Of a stretch of DNA of 64,000 nucleotides, positions 43,243 to 64,000 are shown piece by piece. Below the pieces are notes generated by a model that ran no database searches, was not told the DNA's origin, and saw nothing but the letters and a program-made list of their open reading frames with translations. Location of the stretch: NCBI GenBank assembly GCA_012295275.1, contig CM022673.1, forward strand, positions 27,094,001 to 27,158,000. Reading direction: 5' to 3'. The DNA comes from Chrysomallon squamiferum (Eukaryota; Animalia; Mollusca). Position numbers and translations under genes: made by a program. Numbering within the stretch: the stretch's first letter is position 1; each line of letters opens with the position of its first letter.

Positions 43243-43955
43243 TGAAATATTTTATATATTTTTCTTTATTTAAAACTGATAAAATATTTAGGCAATCCAT
43301 TTCAAGATTAAAAAGAAAATGTTTGAAGATGCAGACAAATGCATCATTTGAAAAATATTAGTCAGTTGAATAATTAAACCAAAATATTTCGTAAACATTT
43401 AAGCTTGTCATTATCATGGTTGATAGTACCATTTCACAGCAAACAGTTTAAACTAATGATAAAAGTAGTTAATGCCCTTCCATCATACAACTACTGTATG
43501 ATACATGAGATATTCTGTTACAATTCAGTGAGCAAAAAAACTTTAAAAACACTGAACAATATTTAACAGGTGTTTAAATGATGAAAAAAATAAGAGGTAT
43601 AACAGGTGAAATAAGATAACATATAACATAATTGTTTGTGCTCACATATTTTACAGAAGTCCTGCAATTAAAAACAAAATTACAAGACAATAATCTGGTC
43701 AGAATGATTTGTAACAAGTGTATAGCCTCTTATAAAGTAGGTTATCTTTCATTTTAAAATCTATATGTTAGAATTATAATTAGAAATTTGAAAATTTATA
43801 TTATATGCACACACATCAATAATGGTTCCTTAATGAAAACCACAGAACTGGTTCTATAATTGTATTACATATTCAATTTTGGTTTTCATTCATAATTTAA
43901 ATTATTTTATTTACTAAAAATATGTGTGTATTTGTGTGTGTCGCTGTGTCGCTGT

Positions 43956-43998
<43 letters not shown>

Positions 43999-44459
43999 GT
44001 ATTTATTTTGTATCTTTTACATTAAATGATAGGCGTGCTTATCAATGAAAATAAATTGTTTCTTGAAATATGATCGTGATATTATCAGTATGATGACGAT
44101 CATGTCTATTCTTCATCCATGTCACCAAAACACTAACAAATACCATAATCGTAATTTTGGGTTTTTTTGTTTACCATATTACTTAAATGAAATATCTGCA
44201 CATAAAGTACAATGGACGGCCATTTTGAAATTCCAGTCAAAAGAAGTAATTAGTAACATACTGCAATATTGCCTGGGCTGAATGCTTGGCAGGGCCATAT
44301 CACGAAAATAGGTGTACATTCTATGGAAATGTCGAGACACAAACCAGAAACTGTGAATGGCGCTAATCTGATATTAAAATGTGCAACGACAAACAGTGCA
44401 TTTATTATTTGATTATGATATATGTTTGTGTGATCACATCTCTTACAGTGCTCAAATAA

Positions 44460-44545
44460 ACTCACCAAGCTGACCAGCACCATGTCCTCACTCCATCAAC
44501 ATACGACTGTCAGAATAAGATGTGATGTCATTTCCGGGTTGGATT
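44460..44545 (-). promoter_or_regulatory. Candidate LNX promoter / non-coding first exon
   Basis: ETS-like CCGGAAAT followed by ~70 nt of higher-GC sequence ending in a consensus donor TTG|GTGAGT (exon end 44466). A matching strong acceptor TTTTTTCTTTTCAG lies at 36823 upstream of the RING ATG. Inference only. Confidence 0.35.
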
Positions 44546-45452
44546 TTGTTTTTTTAATATTTCTTTTTTCAAAACTATAGCTATTATAGTCTGTTCCATT
44601 ATTACGTCTGTCGATGCTAAAAAAACAAAACAACAAACAACTAACTAACTAAATAAATAAATAAAAATAGAAATCATCTAGAGAATAAATAAATAAAATA
44701 AAATAAATATAAACAATAAACAAATAAATAATCAATAACAGATCTAATAAAATAACTGCTGTCTTATATTTTATTAATTTTATTTTGATGTTTATGGATA
44801 ATGATAAACTAATTTACAGAGTAAATTTTAAAATTATTATAATAATATTCAAATATCTGATATAATTATATTCCACGACCAACTGAGGACTTTTTTTTTT
44901 TTTTTTTGGAAAATATTATTTTTGATAATTTTTAATATAGCGGTTTCATAAACTGAGGCATTTATGATTTAAATAATATAAAAGGAGAAGATGGGGGATA
45001 AATTTAGATAAATGTTTTAACATTCTAGCTATGACTTACGTGGGACAGACAGTTAAAATAGTCGGATATAATTTATGTATACATTAAAAAGCCTATAAAG
45101 ACTGTGCCCTTGAGTTATGAATTCACGCATTTCTCTGCCGTTTCTGCATAGCTAGATAGATGGAGCTACAGACAGACAGACTAACAAAAAGAGAAACAAG
45201 CATAGATATAAAATTAAATTAAATTAATATACAATACTGAAATAATATGGTAAAATATTTGTAAAACATGGATTCTCTGTTGATATAATGTAACCTAGAG
45301 CAACGTTCCGAACTGAGTATTGTTTTTATTTCACTTTTCACACTTCCATTAAGCGAAAGGATTAATATGTCATACATTGTTTATTACTTCGTTTTATATT
45401 CAACTAACATTACCTGTTTTCTTTCTGACTTTTATTTCTTTCTTTCATTCAT

Positions 45453-45485
<33 letters not shown>

Positions 45486-46029
45486 CTTTTTGTAAGAAAA
45501 ACGGAAGTTGTACATCATTAAAAATGGTGAAACGAAAATCACGAAAACACATTATTTGAAGCTATTGGACTAATAATCTTAATTAGTCTATCCGCGATGT
45601 TACAACTATATCACTGCAAATGTATAAATGATCGATTTATCTGATTCTGGACAAACACTGTTGACAATTCTTAAAAGAAATATCAATAACATAATTAGCT
45701 GCTGTAGACTTTCTGGGAGATTGCTTTTTATTACCTCAATTCATACAGAAATAAATAAATAAAAAGCTCTAAAATTGTAACTGACCCAGGTCTCGATAAC
45801 CTTATAATAATTATCGCATTATGTCAAAACAATTAAACGTAACTTTAGTTTTGATTTCTATCACGTTATGAGTTTACTAATTAACTGTTTCAGTGTATTC
45901 CTATTCATATGTGTGATGCAAGGAATTAGTTTGAAAATATATATTCTGCATACGTCTTCTCATTATATATATATATATAGTCAGCTGATGGATAACGCTT
46001 AATAACATCAAAAGACTAATTTAAAATAT

Positions 46030-46080
46030 CTGTATGCCGCCATTGTTATAGTTATGACGTCTTCAAGTTTCGCGATGACA
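46030..46080. promoter_or_regulatory. Candidate core promoter motif cluster between the divergent LNX and BLTP3 genes
   Basis: YY1-like GCCGCCATTGTT (46036-46047), CRE-like ATGACGTC (46054-46061) and E2F-like TTTCGCG (46068-46074) within 40 bp, ~850 bp upstream of the BLTP3 ATG. Confidence 0.35.
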
Positions 46081-46131
46081 AGGATTATATATCGTCAGAA
46101 ATAGTAAAAGAATAATTTGGAAGTACAAAGA

Positions 46132-46182
<51 letters not shown>

Positions 46183-46911
46183 AAAATGTGTGGAGACTTC
46201 ACAGGAACACGTTAAGTGCAAAATCATAGACTATTCTACAGCTTTATTGACACTGAATAAAAGTGCTAATTCCGTGCCACAAGCGCCACGAAACTGAATG
46301 CATAATATCCCACACACAGCTAATTTTGTTCTGTTCCTCCCAGGAAATTAGCTTACAAATCTTTTTTCCAGTTATTAAAACAAAAAAATTACAAACACAA
46401 TAAATAGTCTTTTTTCTTTCTTTCTTTTTAATAATAAGCTTTCATAGCAATTCAGTGCATAACCTATTTACGGAAAAAATAGAAAAAATAGAAAAAATAG
46501 AAAAAAGATTAAAAAAAAAAAAAAAAAAGGAAAAAAGAAATGAAAGAAACAACAATACAGTCTGTTGCTATTTAATCCACGTTTTGGTCACCCCAAAAAG
46601 GCCTCACTGAACGTCTGATTAGAGTTGTCCGATTTTTCTGTGTCCCTTATATCTATTGAAAATATTTATCGTATTCATGATGTATTTCGCGATTATATTT
46701 CCTCATTTCAGCTAAATTTTTGTGTTATATTCAAATATTTTGGTGTTAAGTGTATATACAATTTCAAAAAGAAATTAAAATAGGAATATTATGTGTTGAA
46801 ATGTTATAGGCGATTCTGAGTTTGATAAGGACATGGACTGATGGAAACGAGAAGACGTTGATCGGGAAGATATTGGTAACATAGCAGGTCGCAAGCCTAT
46901 GTTATCACATT

Positions 46912-61283
<14,372 letters not shown>

Positions 61284-62166
61284 GTAAGTGACAACTAAAC
61301 TTGACTCAGTATTGCTAAATGTAGCGCTGTCTGGCCACTTTAGATCAGATGTTAGTTGTAGATTGCTGTACGCTACAGTTCATGCAAGTAGAGATGACGT
61401 TTTAAAACAATTTTTTACTTTTTTTGTACCATTCTAATAATCATTCAGTCTGTTACTGTCAGAATATATAACGTATACTAATTATTAGAATTTTAGATAA
61501 ATTTTTTAAGAAATAATCTTTCTAATTAGCATTTATTTTAAACTTGGATAAAGCTGTTATGTATTTTAAAATTTATTTATAAATCTGATTTATTTAGTGA
61601 CTGTGTCGAATATATTTTAAAAAAAATAATTTTTATTTTTTACTTTTTTACTTTTTTCAAAGCCTATGTAAAATTGGTCATACGACAAAAAAAAAAAAAA
61701 AAATTGATAAATCATACAACTTTGTATGTAAAATTTATTACAGAAGAAATTATTTTTTTACATATACTGAGAAAATATTCCACTGTAAATAAAAACACAT
61801 AATATATTCATATTAATGGTAGTTACAGTTAATGGTAGTTGCAGTTAAATTAAATATGTTAACCTTAAACTTTACTTCTGCTGTCTTTCTCTGGATTTGT
61901 ATTTTACTAGGAATACTAGGATTATTCTTTATAGCAATGACAAGCTCTCTGTTTCTTAGATTATGTTTTTAATTATTTTGAAATCCTGTTCATAAAACAC
62001 TTTATAGTAGCTTGCTGATTGGACTTTTTCTTTATGCTAAATTCTTTGTTAATTTAACATTGGTAATAAAAATATTTAGAAAAATGCTTCAGATATTTAA
62101 TATATCACTAACAATACATATTCTAATAAATATCCTGGAATAACGTTTTTTGAAGACAACAACAGC

Positions 62167-62209
<43 letters not shown>

Positions 62210-64000
62210 TGTAAAAGAACATTAGCATCTATCATTTAAATTTTTTAGCATATTAACATAATTACACCTGAGCAGAAATTCAATTTTTTAGTTTGTTTAC
62301 AGACAAATTATTCAAAAATAAATAAGTGTGTTTTTTAAACATAAGTTTTATTAATTCAGAGAGTTTGTTTTACATTATTGTATATATTTAATTTAATTTT
62401 ATTATTTTAAATCTGATATAAATATTAAAACACAACTGTAACTGAGACATAATAATGAATTAGTTTTCTAAATATTCAACATTACTGGCGACTCAGCAGT
62501 AGATTGTGTCATGAAATTAAGAATGTGCTGGTTTTATTTCTCTTGATCAGTGTTAATTCATTAAAAATGTTCTGAATATTGTTTATTCATAAATAGTTTG
62601 GCTCTCTGCCATTTATTGAAAACTATATAAAAAAAAAATATATATATATATATATAAAAAAGAAGAAAAAACAAGTAATTTCAAAGAAATTTATAACAAA
62701 AATGTCAAAAAAACTAACCTAGATACAGAAATGTAAATAAGAAATAATGTAGAAATAGTATTCAAAGAATTTTAAATCCCAATTTATTTTTTATTTTTTA
62801 TTTTTTTTAACTTTAATTGCTATAATCATTATGCATTTAACTTTATAAAGAACACAAAAATTGCCAAATTTGTTTCTGTTTGAGTATTCTAACTGTAAGA
62901 TCAGAATAAGTATTGCCAGGTAGACAGGATTTTTTATCTGTAATCTCAGCAAATTTTGAACCAGTTAAAATATTTTTCTTTATACATTGTTACAGATATA
63001 CTTCGCCCAACAGGCAAGTTTGTGTGTTTGGCAGTTAAAGATAGTTTTATTTAGTTAAATATCTTTTTCTTTTTCTTATTTTTAAAATTTTCTTTTCCTT
63101 TTTAAACGTTTTAATTTTTTATTTTTTTATCAGGCATTAGAGATTACTATATATATATATATATAATTTATTTTGTTGTTAGAAATGTTTTCAGTTATCC
63201 AGAATAGAAACATTTGGTGTTTAATTCTTAAAACACATAATTGATCTTTTATTATTATTATTATTATTTTTTTTTTTGGAATGTGTATTGAAATTGTTAG
63301 TGTATGCAAATGTTTACTGTATTTCTAAAGAATAAAATGTAAAATTAAACAAAACAAAATATTATAATACAACTATAATCAAATTAATTAATTGAAAATG
63401 TACCTGTAATGTTGCACACAAACAATCTAAATGAATTTTGCATATTTGTAAGTTATTGTTATGACTGTTTCTTTTGACCAACCTTTACTAACAATAAAGT
63501 GAAAAAATAATGCAACTATTAGAGGTTGCCATTTTTACTTCTTTTGTGCCTGTGTGTGTCCTTGTGGCATCATGTTAATGAGAAATTTAAAGAAGAATCT
63601 TTACAAACTAAAACAACTTTGCCAGTGATCCAGTTTAGATGGATAACCACTGAGTACATTTTTTCCAAACACATCAGTTTAAACCATTCTGTGTACTGTG
63701 TGAGATCATAAAGAAAGAAATCAGCAAGAAAAATGGCAGCTTCCTGTTTATTTCCTGTGTTTGTTATTTGTTATCATACTTCATTATTAGTAATAGGTAG
63801 ATTTTAAGACATGATGAAAATAAAAAAATTGCTATTCCGTAGATAAGTAAATATTTGTTTGCATCATCACAGGTACATTTTGAATGGAACAGTATTTTTT
63901 GTATTCTTATTTTTTGTTATGTTACTAATCATTTTTTTTTTTTTTTTTTCAATTTATTTGATTAATTAACAAAATAATAATAATAATAATAATGATTACT

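Overview
AT-rich, microsatellite-dense animal genomic DNA. It is probably a gastropod mollusc; this is inferred only from SINE-like fragments and protein similarity recalled from memory. Three intron-containing genes can be rebuilt exon by exon with consistent splice phases. (1) ZCCHC17/pNO40 on the minus strand: 8 coding exons, 14056->9225, 242 aa, S1 domain + CCHC knuckle + Lys-rich tail. (2) An LNX1/LNX2-type E3 ligase on the minus strand: 12 coding exons, 36394->18438, about 606 aa, Zn-RING-Zn + extra TRAF-type finger + 4 PDZ, with an apparent 1-nt frameshift in PDZ1. (3) The 5' part of BLTP3/UHRF1BP1(L) on the plus strand: 9 exons from 46912, continuing past the window and head-to-head with LNX. 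Also present are a 234-bp internally deleted Tc1/mariner-superfamily element, degenerate tRNA-SINE fragments and many tandem repeats. The most notable observations are minisatellites that reiterate real splice acceptors (twice in LNX) or place donor-like sites beside an exon (BLTP3), a candidate alternative first exon for a RING-less LNX isoform, a ~90-bp inverted repeat pairing ZCCHC17 intron 6 with its 3' UTR, and a probable GC-AG intron in BLTP3. Most ORFs in the supplied track are microsatellite artefacts.
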